Shown here one piece after another: positions 50,705 through 62,767 of a stretch of 64,000 nt of DNA. The position numbers and the translations under genes are program-made. The notes under the pieces are model-generated. The model saw nothing but the letters and a program-made list of their open reading frames with translations, did no database searches and was not told the origin of the DNA. How positions within the stretch are numbered: the first letter of the stretch is position 1; every line of letters begins with the position of its first letter. This stretch comes from Felis catus (taxonomy: Eukaryota), in contig NC_058368.1 of the NCBI RefSeq assembly GCF_018350175.1, forward strand, positions 138,696,001-138,760,000, in the 5' to 3' direction.

Positions 50705-51538
50705 CTTAAAGGAGGACCAAGTGTTAGCACTGTCCTAGAAATTCACAGTAGCATCACATAGGGACTAAACCTACCCCCGAAGGTTTGTAAACGACATTTC
50801 CTGCAGAGTTGCCGTGGGGGAAAGAAAAGTGGGGGGAGGAGGGGGGCTGCAGAGAGCAAATATAACAACGCTCACGGACCTCCGAGGACAGGTGAGAGAA
50901 ATGGCTAATAAAAATTATTACAAATCCCTACACACATAGAAAGTGCTTGATAACAAACACTAATGCTTTAATCCCCTATGGCTTGTCTTGTAGGCCTGAA
51001 GCTTAAGTCAAAGTTGAGCTGAAAGCGGTAAGCGAAGCCAACTTCATTTTCTGTCCTTTGCTAGTTTCAAGCAAAGACCAAAAAAAGGCAGGAAGAAAAC
51101 CCCGAGAAGTCCATTTTTAAATCGCTGCTTATGTAACAGGAGCCTGTGAACCGCACCAGAATTTAATTGAAGGAAAAGTAACTGTAGGGGAATTGCTTGG
51201 AGAACTGCCAGGAGGGTTTTAACAGCTGGAAGTTGAAAAGTGATTAATTTTGACAGCAATAAAAGCCTCATGTTCATACATAATTATGCTTAGATTTGTG
51301 GACTGCTGGAATTTTTTTTTTTTTCAAGGCACTATTAACCTTTTGCTGTCCAAGTTGCAATTTAGATACTTTAAATGAGTCCCTATTTTTAAGCTGAGTA
51401 ATACTTGGTTTTCGTGGCTTTGACTCCTCTCCACGCAAGGAAGACTGGGCAAGAAAGTGTGGAGTAAGCTGGGTGGGTTCAAATACTCGTCCGAGCATTG
51501 TTAGAACGGGATAGAAATAAGGTCCTCTCTCGTCTTAC

Positions 51539-51649
51539 TGCATGCAGGAACAGTAACCAAAAAGGGTTCCAGAAAAAAGACGTTCAGAGCCAAGAAAAAA
51601 TGAGATGAAAGTGGTGGTCCATTGTCAACTGTATGGCTGAGCTGAATCC
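51539..51649 (-). other. Candidate internal exon (111 nt)
   Basis: Acceptor tttttctctctcctactggtAG|g and donor gca|GTAAGA. Confidence 0.25.
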
Positions 51650-52069
51650 CTACCAGTAGGAGAGAGAAAAATCTGTAAGGGGACACTACAATGCCACATG
51701 CAAAAAGACTGTGTAGATCAAGAAAGTAATGAATTGAATTAAACTGAGCTGTCAAACTGGCAGCGTTGCTAACTAGGTATAAAAGTTTCTAACTTTTCCA
51801 TTCCCCACATAGGAAGACAGGGATAGAGCAGATAACTTAGAAGATCTAACACCTGAACTCTACAATCTAGCTATTTTGAATCGCCATCTTTGGGACTAAC
51901 AGATTCTGAAGTTTTCCTTTTAGTCGCCTTTACCATTCTTGGACCAAGCAGTTTGACCAGATAAAGTGAACATTGGGAATATAAACTATTTCCAAGTTAA
52001 TAAGAAATAATAGTAATAACTGTAGCAGTTGGCAAGGCATGATTCTAAGGACTTTACAAAGGTAGTCTA

Positions 52070-52282
52070 TTTTTTTTTTTTCAACGTTTACTTATTTTTG
52101 GGACAGAGAGACAGAGCATGAACAGGGGAGGGGCAGAGAGAGAGGGAGACACAAAATCGGAACCAGGCTCCAGGCTCTGAGCCATCAGCCCAGAGCCTGA
52201 CGCGGGGCTCGAACTCACTGACCGCGAGATCGTGACCTGGCTGAAGTCGGACGCTTAACCGACTGCGCCACCCAGGCGCCCC
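52070..52282 (-). mobile_element. Young felid SINEC inside a MIR
   Basis: Full length; TSD aaaggta(g/c)tctatttt. Confidence 0.95.
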
Positions 52283-52640
52283 AAAGGTACTCTATTTTAA
52301 TCCTTACAACTAGTCTATGAGGCAGGTCCTATACTTCTATTATTTTATTTTACAGAAACTGAAACCATAAAGAGGTCGCGTGGCTTCCCAATGTCCATCT
52401 GTTACCTGATGGGAAAGCTAAGATTTGTGAGCTCTACTGTCCTTTTGTTCTGAAGGAATTATTATGAACGCATTTAATCGGTGGCATCAAGGGTAGAATG
52501 GAAAGAAAAGCCTAAAACCCGAAACGAGAGAAATGAATTCGGTTCTCATTCTTCCATTTCCTCAATTACCTTGGACAGTCCCCCCCCCCCCCATTTCTCC
52601 TTTCCAGCTTCCTTAATTGTGAAGGGCAGGGGTTGTCTAA

Positions 52641-52822
52641 ATCAGTGGTTCTCAAGGTGTGGTACAGGGAACCAGAAGTATTAACCGTACGTGTGAACAT
52701 GTTAGCAATGCAAATTCTTGGGCCCCACCCCAAACTTACCGAATCAGAAACCATGCCCTTTCACCTGTGTCTTGGCATGCCTTCCACGTGATCCCAATGG
52801 ACGTGAAAGTTGGAGAACTTTG
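52641..52822. mobile_element. MER5A-like hAT-Charlie MITE
   Basis: cagtggttctcaaggtgtggt...aatgcaaattcttgggccccacccc...gaatcagaaac...aaagttggagaac. Confidence 0.8.
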
Positions 52823-52853
52823 GGCCAAAATGTTCATTAAATAACCTTCTGAT

Positions 52854-53073
52854 GGGGCGCCTGGGTGGCGCAGTCGGTTGAGCGTCCGACTTCAGCCAGG
52901 TCACGATCTCGCGGTCCGTGAGTTCGAGCCCCGCGTCAGGCTCTGGGCTGATGGCTCGGAGCCTGGAGCCTGTTTCCGATTCTGTGTCTCCCCCTCTCTC
53001 TGCCCCTCCCCCGTTCATGCTCTGTCTCTCTCTGTCCCCAAAATAAATAAACGTTAAAAAAAAAATTAAAAAA
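52854..53073 (+). mobile_element. Young felid SINEC
   Basis: Full length; TSD aaataaccttctgat. Confidence 0.96.
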
Positions 53074-53752
53074 AATAACCTTCTGATTCTCACATGCTAC
53101 GATCGCCTCTATAAATGTCTGATTTCAGGTGGTTGGACTAAAAACGGAGGTGGTTTTACTACTTTTAAATTCTTCTTCCCTAGTTCATCAGACCTTGAGC
53201 CTCTGTTGGCAGAGGATGGGATAGATCCCTAATGTTGGCTCACGGAAATGATGCTTTCCTGAGTCATCATGAGAGTATTAGGAAATTAGAAGGCAGAGAG
53301 GAGTCCTGAATCTCCATGGAATGTTACTATGAATGTTTTATTACCTCAAGCAAAAGTGTAAGATTGAAGTCCACGTTCAGAGCCTCAGCATTATCTGAGT
53401 TCTTAATCCAATGGCATGTACCACGTGGGGGCTTAATGAATCCTTGTTGGTCCCGAGGCAAATGACATCCAAGCTGTGATTAGCAGCCCGGAGGAGTCGG
53501 TCTATGGTTAATCCCATTTTACCAGCTGTGCCAAAACTCTGATCTGTCTTTCTCCTTTGAGTCAGAAAGGACGCTATCCCATAGAGGATGCTGGATTTAC
53601 CTCTTAGCACTCCATTGTCGTTGGATAACTTAGCAGACAAGCACAACTCCCTTAGAGTCAGAAGCCTGGATACCCCATAAGAGACCATTCCAAGGGTTCT
53701 CATGAGCACCAAATTTAAATAGGTCTTTGCCTTGTTCTCTTCAGGTAACCAC

Positions 53753-53838
53753 CTGCTCATCAGAAATGGCATGGGAAGACCTCTGAGTTTTTTGGTCAAC
53801 TGAGATATAAATGTCCAACACCTCCTTAATAAACCCAC
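53753..53838 (-). other. Candidate internal exon (86 nt)
   Basis: Acceptor cctgatgttctgcttctacAG|gt and donor cag|GTGGTT. Confidence 0.22.
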
Positions 53839-53967
53839 CTGTAGAAGCAGAACATCAGGTGACCTCATGTCCCGATGTACAAAACTAAAAACAGCAGGAG
53901 AGCAAAGACCTCTTCCCTACTTCCTTTGCATTTCTGATGATTAATCTTTTTTAAAAGCTATAACCCA

Positions 53968-54184
53968 GGGGCGCCTGGGTGGCGCAGTCGGTTGAGCGTC
54001 CGACTTCAGCCAGGTCACGATCTCGCGGTCCGTGAGTTCGAGCCCCGTGTCAGGCTCTGGGCTGATGGCTCAGAGCCTGGAGCCTGTTTCTGATTCTGTG
54101 TCTCCCTCTCTCTCTGCCCCTCCCCCGTTCATGCTCTGTCTCTCTCTGTCCCAAAAATAAATAAATGTTGAAAAAAAATAAATA
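53968..54184 (+). mobile_element. Young felid SINEC
   Basis: Full length; TSD taaaagctataaccca. Confidence 0.96.
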
Positions 54185-54569
54185 AAAGCTATAACCCAAA
54201 GAAACAAAGAGGCAGAAATACCAACTCAGAGTTAAAGAAGTTTTGGGGGTAAAAAGAAAGAAAAGAAACTTAAGAAGGAACACTACATTGAGGGGGGGGA
54301 AAAAGGTGGCCACATAAATATGAACTTAGAACTATAGCTGTTAAACAACCAGGTTCCACTCCTTAGAGCAGATTAAGGCTAGGACTTACATGTGGAATAA
54401 CTCTGCTCTTTGGTTTAATGAGACTGGAAAATCCCAAACATCTATTCCAGACCATCTTTGAGACTCAAGATTTTTACATTTGGCCATAATAAATATGAGA
54501 AGAGTTGAAAAAAACTTACAAACCATTTCTCAGTCCAAGTGTACTTAAGGTGTTACCAGAGATTTTGCG

Positions 54570-54759
54570 TTTTTTTTAAAGTTTATTCATTTTGAGAGAG
54601 TGTGAGGAGGGGAGGAGCCGGGAGGGAGAGAGAATCCCAAGCAGGCTCTGTGTTGTCAGTGCAGAGCTGGACACGGGGCTCGATTTCACAACTGTGATGT
54701 CATGACCTGAGTCAATACCAAGGGTTGGACGCTCAACCACTGAGCCATCCAGGCATCCC
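54570..54759 (-). mobile_element. Older SINEC
   Basis: Degenerate head gccatccaggcatccc and T-rich tail. Confidence 0.88.
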
Positions 54760-55137
54760 TGCATTCTTTGATTAAAAATAATCTAAGCACAATTTTCTAA
54801 CTTTGGACACCTATATATTGATAAGACCCCACAAAAAAGGTCAAGCTGATGTTTATTTCTTCCAGACTACCACACACAACCTAGGAAGTAATAGCTATTA
54901 GCTTCTCCATATTACATATATAGAGAAACTGAGGTGCCGAAAGTTGAACCCAACCAAAGTCGCAAAACTAGCACATAGAAGAGCTTAGACTTAAACCCAG
55001 GCAATCTGGCTCGAGAGTTCATTGCCCTGGATAATCAAGTCACTCTTGTTCTATTTATTCTGTGTACCACTTAGGAATGTTTTTGGTGGTGTAAGCAAAA
55101 ATCAAACTTAGTATAGCCTTTAAAAGTAGGAATTCAT

Positions 55138-55355
55138 GGGGCGCCTGGGTGGCTCAGTTGGTTGAGAGACCGACTTCGGCTCAGGTCATGATCTCATGGT
55201 TGGTGATTTTGAGCCCCGTGTCGGGCTCTGTGCTGACAGCTCAGAGCCTGGAGCTTGCTTCTGGTTCTGTGTCTCCCTCTTTCTCTGCCCCTCCCCCGTT
55301 CATGCTCTCTCTCTCTGTCTCAGAAATAAATAAACATTGAAAAAAAATTTTTTTT
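55138..55355 (+). mobile_element. SINEC
   Basis: Full length; TSD aaagtaggaattca. Confidence 0.95.
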
Positions 55356-55379
55356 AAAGTAGGAATTCACCTTTATTAC

Positions 55380-55860
55380 TTAACAGTAAGTATGAAGACC
55401 AGCGATTGCTAGAGGGGTTCGGTTGCTCACGTTGCCCTCAGGGACCCAGGCACCCTCCATTTTGCTGATCTAGCGTCTTAGCACCGTCACCCTTATCATC
55501 TCGTGGTCACTGCACTTCAAGGCACGATCTCCCCTTTTTAGGAAAGTATAAAAAGCAGGAGAAAAACAGCTTGTGGGGAGACTTTACCTTTTCATTTGGG
55601 AAACTGAACTTATTTCAGTAGACTCCCCCTTACATCTCACTAGTCAAAACAGGGTCGTGTGCTATCCTTCAGCCAAAGGCCGAGCAAAATGAGATTATTG
55701 TGGGCTGGTCTTGAGTAATCATGGTTTATATTTTGGGACTGGGAAAGGGGCTGAACCCGTGGGTCTCTAGCTAGCTCCTGTATAAACTAGACTTCTGTCA
55801 GTGAAAACGAGTGGGCAGGAAGGGGGATGAGTATTGGGTGATACCAAACACTGCCTGCCG
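55380..55860 (-). mobile_element. MLT1 (K/L-like) MaLR LTR fragment
   Basis: ctcagggacccaggc...ccccttacatctcactagtcaaaacagggtc...gtattgggtg...acactgcctgcc. Confidence 0.55.
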
Positions 55861-56172
55861 TTCTCTTACTTTGGAGTTTGGGTTCTTGCTCATGGTTTAA
55901 TTTTTTTGAATTGTGGAAAGGCACTCTTCTAAGAAGTAGGGGATAAAGATAAAAGACGTGATCTCTATATAATTATCAGTTACTTGAAGGCTTTGTTTGA
56001 GAGAACCCAACTCCTATTGGATTTTAAATAGAGGTGAAAGAATTTGAATCCTGCATAGCTGGGGTGGCAAATGACTGTCAATAGAATCCAAGAGACCTTA
56101 CCTCCGCCATGAGTACACAGCAGGTGGGAAAGAACAAGCCCCAAGGTACTACTCCTAGACTATAAAACTACA

Positions 56173-56384
56173 GGGGCGCCTGGGTGCCTCAGTCGGTTGA
56201 GCGTCCGACTTCCGCTCGGGTCGTGATCTCACAGTTCGTGGGTTCGAGCCCTGAGTCGGGCTCTGTGCTGACAGCTTGAAGTCTGGAGGCTGCTTCGGAT
56301 TCTGTGTCTCCTGCTCTCTCTGCCCCTCCCCTGTTCCCATGGTCTCTCTGTCTCTCTCTCAAAAATAAATAAACCTTAAAAAAT
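56173..56384 (+). mobile_element. SINEC
   Basis: Full length; TSD tagact(a/c)taaaactaca. Confidence 0.94.
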
Positions 56385-56437
56385 TTAGACTCTAAAACTA
56401 CAGATCGGGCAAGCCCTGGTTAGGTGCTTAAAAAAAA

Positions 56438-56651
56438 ATTTTTTTTTTCAACGTTTATTTATTTTTGAGACAGAGAGAGACAGAGCATGAACGGGGGAGG
56501 GGCAGAGAGAGAGGGAGACACGGAATCGGAAACAGGCTCTAGGCTCTGAGCCATCAGCCCAGAGCCCGACGCGGGGCTCAAACTCACGGACCGCGAGATC
56601 GTGACCTGGCTGTAGTCGGACGCTTAACCGACTGCGCCACCCAGGCGCCCC
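56438..56651 (-). mobile_element. Young felid SINEC
   Basis: Full length; TSD cctggttaggtgcttaaaa. Confidence 0.96.
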
Positions 56652-57209
56652 CCTGGTTAGGTGCTTAAAAACAGAGTATGTGTTCAGTATCTTGACGTAG
56701 TCAACACACAGAGTTGGTTTGGACCCACATGTTTCTCCTAGCCTCACCTGCCACTGGGTGTAGACAGGATCAAGCAATACTAACAACTCAAACCTCATTG
56801 GCCCCTGCTCCCACCAGTCTCTGAAAATGCCCTGTTCGGTGTTTCTGGAGGTCCCAGTGGGATTCTCAGATTTGCATACACTTCCTCGGAGGGGTAGCCC
56901 CTGCTCACATGGCCAAGCCCAGCACCTCCGCAGTGTTCCATCTCCGCCTGAAGCAGAGCAGGAGGAAGCCACTCTGCCCTCTCCTCCTTCCCTGACCCCC
57001 CTGTTAGAAGGCTTTGGAAGCCGTGTTGCTTGTATCTTCTCTCTCACTGGAACTCAGACATGTATCCATAGGGCTGGGCTGGGCACAGATTCAAGCGATA
57101 GGGACTGTGATAAACTCACAATCTTTTCTCTTCCTCAAATACTGTAGCTTACTGCATCAGGTCATCTTGTCTGGCTCTTTCTTCCCTTAGGACAGCTGAC
57201 TGGTTATCT

Positions 57210-57660
57210 CTGTTCTAGGAATTTATTCTTAGGAAATAACCAGACCCGTGGCCAAATATATGCATAAGGAATCAATTACAGAGTTCCTTATAATGGTAAA
57301 GAAAAAAATCTTAAATTTTATCAGTAGGAGAGTGGCTAAATTAATTATAGCACATTCATTTTGAAGAATAATCTGCGTCCTTTTAAAATTATGTAGATCT
57401 ACACGTGTTAACATGGAAAGATGTTCATGATGTATAGTTGAACTGGGAAAAAGTGTGATCTCATTTTTGTAAAAATAGAAATCAACACTTGTGTGAGTGA
57501 ATGTGCATCAATGCATGCACACACTCACATGGAGAAAATATAAGTTATCTTTGGGCAGCAAGATGAACATGTTTTTACTGTCTTCCAAACGTTTTTCTGA
57601 ACAGCATGAATGTTTTCACAAGAAGCATGAACTGCCTTCACAAACATAAAAAAATAAAGC
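57210..57660 (+). mobile_element. Old L1ME-type 3' fragment
   Basis: ttctaggaatttattcttaggaaataa...taaattaattatagcacattc...acatggaaagatgttcatga. Confidence 0.65.
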
Positions 57661-57797
57661 CGTATCCATTTTGGAAAATAATGTTTTTAATAAAACAGGC
57701 ATTAATAATGGATGCATTCTTGAGGGTGAAAGTGTGAGGGGGTATAAAATCTCCACTTGATGATATTATTTAATAAAAGGAAGGTCTGATCACTTAC

Positions 57798-57922
57798 TGG
57801 AAATCGCTGGGTGACGGGGAAGAAAAAGAACCTTGGCGGAAAGATGAATCCTGTACATCTCCCCCAAAATAGGTCACAATGGCCATCATTGTAGTACGCC
57901 TAACATTGCTGCTCCCAGAAGC
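57798..57922 (-). other. Candidate internal exon (125 nt)
   Basis: Acceptor aatcttgatctctcAG|g and donor cca|GTAAGT; unique sequence between two L1 fragments. Confidence 0.25.
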
Positions 57923-57989
57923 CTGAGAGATCAAGATTTCTGGAAGGAAAAAACGGCACATGGGACAAAGCAAACAAGGCTCCTTCCAG

Positions 57990-58740
57990 CCTTGCCCCAC
58001 TTTTCCAATTTGTTGTTTATCTTTTTCTTATTGACTTATAAAAGCTGAAAGCTTAACAATACCTGGCATTTGTGTTACATATTTCTTCTCTGTTTGTTTT
58101 TCTTTCAAGTTTTTTGTGAGTAATCTTATACTCTACAGAATTTCTCTTTGTGTGATCAACTGTAACAATCCTTTCTTTTATGATTCTTAGCTTTGGTATC
58201 CCACTTGGACGTGCCTTTTCTACCCCCTAAAGACGCAAAATATTGACCCATATTTTATTTAACCTATAAATTCTCATTTTTACAATCAAATGTGAATTAA
58301 TCAGAATTTATTTTTATGTGCGGTAGTGATATAAATAGTCTGCCCCAATGGGTTGGTCATTTCCCCCAATAGCATTTATAAACTACTCAGCCTTCCCCCA
58401 GTGATTAGAAATAAAATGGGTCTCCTGTACCAAAACAAAATAAATGCACAAGGGTCTACACATACTTATCCTTGGGTCTCTTCTGGACTTCTGTTCCATC
58501 ATCTGGCTGCCTATTACAGTTACTAGAGTTTTAAGATGTTTTATTTTCTGCTAAGACAAAGCCTTCCTCAATAGTCTTTTTCAAAAAGTTTATCAGCTCC
58601 TCTGAAGTGATCATTGTTCTGAATAACTTCTAATTATTTTGTCAAATTCTGAATAAGTCTCCATTTAAATTAGTCTCCCATTAAGATTTTTAAACCTTCT
58701 TCATATTTCTAGACATTTCCTGGTAAGTTTATGAAAAGTT
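57990..58740 (-). mobile_element. Old L1M fragment
   Basis: T-rich L1-antisense motifs: ttgccccactttt, tctttttcttattgactt, caatagcatttataaa, tgggtctcttctggact. Confidence 0.6.
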
Positions 58741-59039
58741 CATTTTCTTTCCCTTCCCACCCCCACCCCCATTGGGTCACATGCAGTGTAATGGAATCTC
58801 CTTATCAGATTTACAGTTGCAGGACAGGTTTTCATATTTACAGCTCCCAGGCAAAGTTCCACTTCCCACAGACTTTACCTCTGTCATCTTGAGGTGGCAC
58901 CTTCCTCTGACCTCCACTATCTGGCTGCTAGTTTCTGAGGACCCACTTAATCGCGCTGATTCCCAGCATGCTCTCCTCCCAGGCTGCTGCTTTATTCCCC
59001 ACACAATGCCTACTTTACAGAGACTGTAACTCACTCTAT

Positions 59040-59537
59040 TACTCCTCTTTCACTACACAACCACACACTCAGCAACTGAAAACAACATACGTTTATTACT
59101 TCAGCTTCCCTGGGTTGGAAGTCTGGGCCCGGCTTGCCCGTGTCCTGTGCTCAGGGCCTCCCAAGCTGGAATCAGAGTGTTGGTGAGCTGCATTTCTTTC
59201 TGGACGTTGGGGCCCTTTTCCAAGCTCACAGGGTTGTGGACTGTATTCTGCTCTAGGTAGCTGGGACTGCGGCCACACTTGCTCCCCATTTGTCCACAGG
59301 GGGCTGCTCCGCAGGTCCTTGTATGTGGCCTTTCTCAGTCTTTCTCACAATATGGCGACTTCCTTCTTCAAGGCCAGCAGGAGACTCTTGCTCTGTAATA
59401 TCCTCACAGCGGTGACCTCTATCACCTTCGCCGTACTCCACTGTCTTAGAGCCAGTCACAAGCACTGCCTACATTCAAGGGGACAGGATTATTCAAGAGT
59501 GTGACTCTTTGGGATCACCTAGAGTATGTCATCCACA
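59040..59537 (-). mobile_element. MLT1 (E/F-like) MaLR LTR
   Basis: aaaacaacatacgtttatt...ctgtgctcagggcctcccaagctggaatc...ttccaagctca...ttcttcaaggccagcagg...gggatcacctagagtatgtcatccaca. Confidence 0.8.
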
Positions 59538-60250
59538 GGTCTCGGGCCATTGCCAACACTCCATTATTTCCTGGACACTTCTTTGCGGAAATTTGGGATG
59601 TTGGCCAAAATTCTAACAAGACGGAAACCTAAGTGGGGATAAGAGACAGAGGGACAGGTGGTGGTGGGAGGAAGGACAGAGAGAAACAGGAAGAGAGGCA
59701 CTCTGCTTTCCTCATGACACCAGGAAGTTTTCTGTTTGATACAGGCACCACCTCTCCAAATCATGGAGGCAAAGTAGACGTATGACATAAGCTGAAAGAG
59801 ACACTGGTTATTCTTGGTCATCTCCATCTGCCTTGCAATTATCATCAGTTCCTCTAAAATTTTGGAATTTGGTGGTTCCAATGTTGTCTTTTCAGTGTTG
59901 TCTTTTTTTTTTTTTTTCCATGTCTTTGTATCAATGTTAGAATGAAGTTAGGGAAAACTGCTAGCTTCATGACGCTTTGAACCAGATGTCTCAGCCAAGT
60001 CCATTTTCAGCAGGCCTCCACTTCTGTCTTGAGGTGAGGTTGCTGCCTGGTTTCTGGCCCTTACAGAGCAAGTGCAAGGTTGAATACAATGCATCTGCTA
60101 GGATGCTCCTTGGATCCACTATAATACCACAGGGAAACCAAAGAGCGAGCTAGTCTATGCCTCAGGACGCTGTGGAGGTCAAAAGTGTATGTGTGTTATT
60201 GGTGGCCATTTTGTCCTCATGATAATCTAGTGAAATAAATATTAGACCAC

Positions 60251-60476
60251 TTTTTTTTTTTTAATTTTTTTTTCAACGTTTATTTATTTTTGGGACAGAG
60301 AGAGACAGAGCATGAACGGGCGAGGGGCAGAGAGAGAGGGAGACACAGAATCGGAAACAGGCTCCAGGCTCTGAGCCATCAGCCCAGAGCCCGACGCGGG
60401 GCTCGAACTCACGGACCGCGAGATAGTGACCTGGCTGAAGTCGGACGCTTAACCGACTGCGCCACCCAGGCGCCCC
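60251..60476 (-). mobile_element. Young felid SINEC
   Basis: Full length; TSD tagaccacttt. Confidence 0.96.
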
Positions 60477-61261
60477 TAGACCACTTTAATAGAAGAGGAA
60501 ATGGAGGCTTTGACTAGTCTGATAAATTTCCCACTATCACACAATCCGTGAATAACCCACGGATTTCTGTCATGTCATGCTCTCGGGGCAGGGGGCATAT
60601 CTACCGAAATGTTAAGAGGCATTTAAGAAGAGTCCACACTTTTCTCCCCATTTTTAATTCCGTCTATAACCTCACAACACTAATGCAGCAATCAACTACA
60701 ACTTTCTGCAATTTGGAGTTTTTCGTGGCTACACAGAGACAAAGTTCTCATTTCTGTGAGGATACCACACCACCTTCGCCACAAATCTTCAATCCTCAAA
60801 AACAAAGCAAGTCAATTATCAAGGGATTTGATAGGCATTCAGAGCAGTGCTCACAGTTGGGCTTTCTATTCAGCCACAACTTTGATACCTTGTCTTGCGT
60901 GGCCCTGAAACAACCCACACAAAATAGGAACATGAGCAGGTCACAGTAGACTCCCCCTACCTCCGCACTTGGCTCCCACTGGGGGCCTCTTTAGGGGGCA
61001 GTGCAGCTGGATGGGGAAGGACATGGGTGCTAGAATGAGAGTGCCTGGGTTCGAATCCTAGGCTGTTGCCTGTCAGCTGCCTTAGCAGGAAGGTTATGCA
61101 CAGGATGGTGGGACTGTAACAGACAGCCACTAGAGGTAAGTTCTTAAATAGCAAATGATACCAAAAATTTGGGAGGTGCCTTACAAAATAGGAGACCACA
61201 CAGCATGGCCCCAGGTGGGCGTACAGACTCCTCAGGTACAAAAACCAACCCCAGCACTTTC

Positions 61262-61456
61262 TCTTTTTTTTTTTTTAAATGTTTATTTACTTTGGAGAGC
61301 GAGAGCACACATGTGCAGAGGGAGGGAGACAGACGACCTGAGGCAGGCTCTTCAGTGACAGCAGAGAGTCCTATGTGGGGCTCAAACCCACCAACTGTAA
61401 CATCATGACCTGAGCCAAAGCCAGACACTTAACTGACTGAGCCATCCAGGTGCTCC
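61262..61456 (-). mobile_element. Older SINEC
   Basis: Degenerate head; TSD aaccccagcac. Confidence 0.9.
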
Positions 61457-61613
61457 AACCCCAGCACATTCTTAAGTGTTTATAGATCATCAAAGGTCAA
61501 TTTCTCCAGCATACTAGTCTCATGAGGCCCAAGATTGAGGCTCCCCTTAGGCCCATTCCTGCAGAAATCTTGGTAAATCACAAAATCTTGCCAATTAGCC
61601 ATTTCCTGAGGGT

Positions 61614-61795
61614 TAGTAGTTCTCGAATGTCGTTCCCAGGCCAGCGACATCAGTATTGTCTGGGACTTGATCAGAAATGCAGATCCTTCGGCGACACCCC
61701 AGACCCTACTGAACCAGAAACTCTGGGGATGAAACCCAGTGATCCGTTTTAACAAGCCCTCCAAGTAATTCAGATGCACACGAATGCGAGGGTAA
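61614..61795. mobile_element. MER5A-like hAT-Charlie MITE
   Basis: tagtagttctc...agaaatgcaga...ccccagaccctactgaaccagaaactctgggg...ttttaacaagccctccaagtaattc. Confidence 0.85.
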
Positions 61796-62317
61796 TACAT
61801 TCTGTTCTTCTACACGTGTGTTTCCGTAGCATGAATGACCCCATCAGTGATTGGCCATTGAGGCCTGGTGCCACTGACATGTGAAAACTGCATGCTATAT
61901 GGCACATAATTGCACACTAAAATTTTACGCTGCCATGTGCAAATCGCATGATGGTTTCCCCCATATCCTAGGTGGGTTTTCCTGAGCCAGAGGGGCTGGA
62001 ATCTCAGGAGAAGAACCATAACCTTCAGTGGGAATGGAGAAGGGCCAAGGGGCCACTGCTGCCTTACCAGCAGGAACTGTTTTGCTGTGTTCTGAGGGAT
62101 TTTCAAATGAGCACCTGCATCCAGGGTTCTTCCTTCCCCAGTAGGTGCACCCTAGGCTTATGGGCTCTTAGCTTGTGTGAGGTTGTCCTGCCTCCTGTGT
62201 CCACCTTGACCATAGCCCCGCTGACTCAGAGTTCATTTCCATTTCTCTCTCTCTACCCATGCCAGCACTGGTGTGGTTGAAGAGTTACCAGCTTCTTATC
62301 TCTATAGCTTTTATGCA

Positions 62318-62767
62318 TTTTTTAAAAATGTCTATTTGAAAAAGAGAGAGAGACAGACCGCGAGCAGGGGAGGGGCAGAGAGAGAGAGAGGGAGACACAG
62401 ATTTGGAAGCAGGCTCCAGGCTCTGAGCTGTCAGCACAGATCCCCAGGCGGGGCTCAAACTCATGAACCAGGAGATCATGACCTGAGCCGAAGTCGGACA
62501 CTCAACCGCTTAAGCCACCCAGGCGCCCCTCATTTTATTTTATTTTATTTTATTTTATTTTTTTCAACGTGTATTTATTTTTGGGACAGAGAGAGACAGA
62601 GCATGAACGGGGGAGGGGCAGAGAGAGGGGGAGACACAGAATCAGAACCAGGCTCCAGGCTCTGAGCCGTCAGCCCAGAGCCTGACGTGGGGCTCGAACT
62701 CACGGACCGCGAGATCGTGACCTGGCTGAAGTCGGTCGCTTAACCGACTGCGCCACCCAGGCGCCCC
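62318..62767 (-). mobile_element. Two adjacent SINECs (62318-62529 and young copy 62538-62767)
   Basis: Second copy's TSD caggcgcccctcatttta includes the head of the first. Confidence 0.94.

Noticed and set aside
53377..53868. 163-aa ATG-initiated minus-strand ORF
   Set aside because: No recognisable homology; only its 86-nt exon-like core is retained as a hypothesis
57798..57922. In-frame TGA codons as selenocysteine, or a known pseudogenised gene
   Set aside because: No SECIS element identified, and no frame matched a protein I recognise
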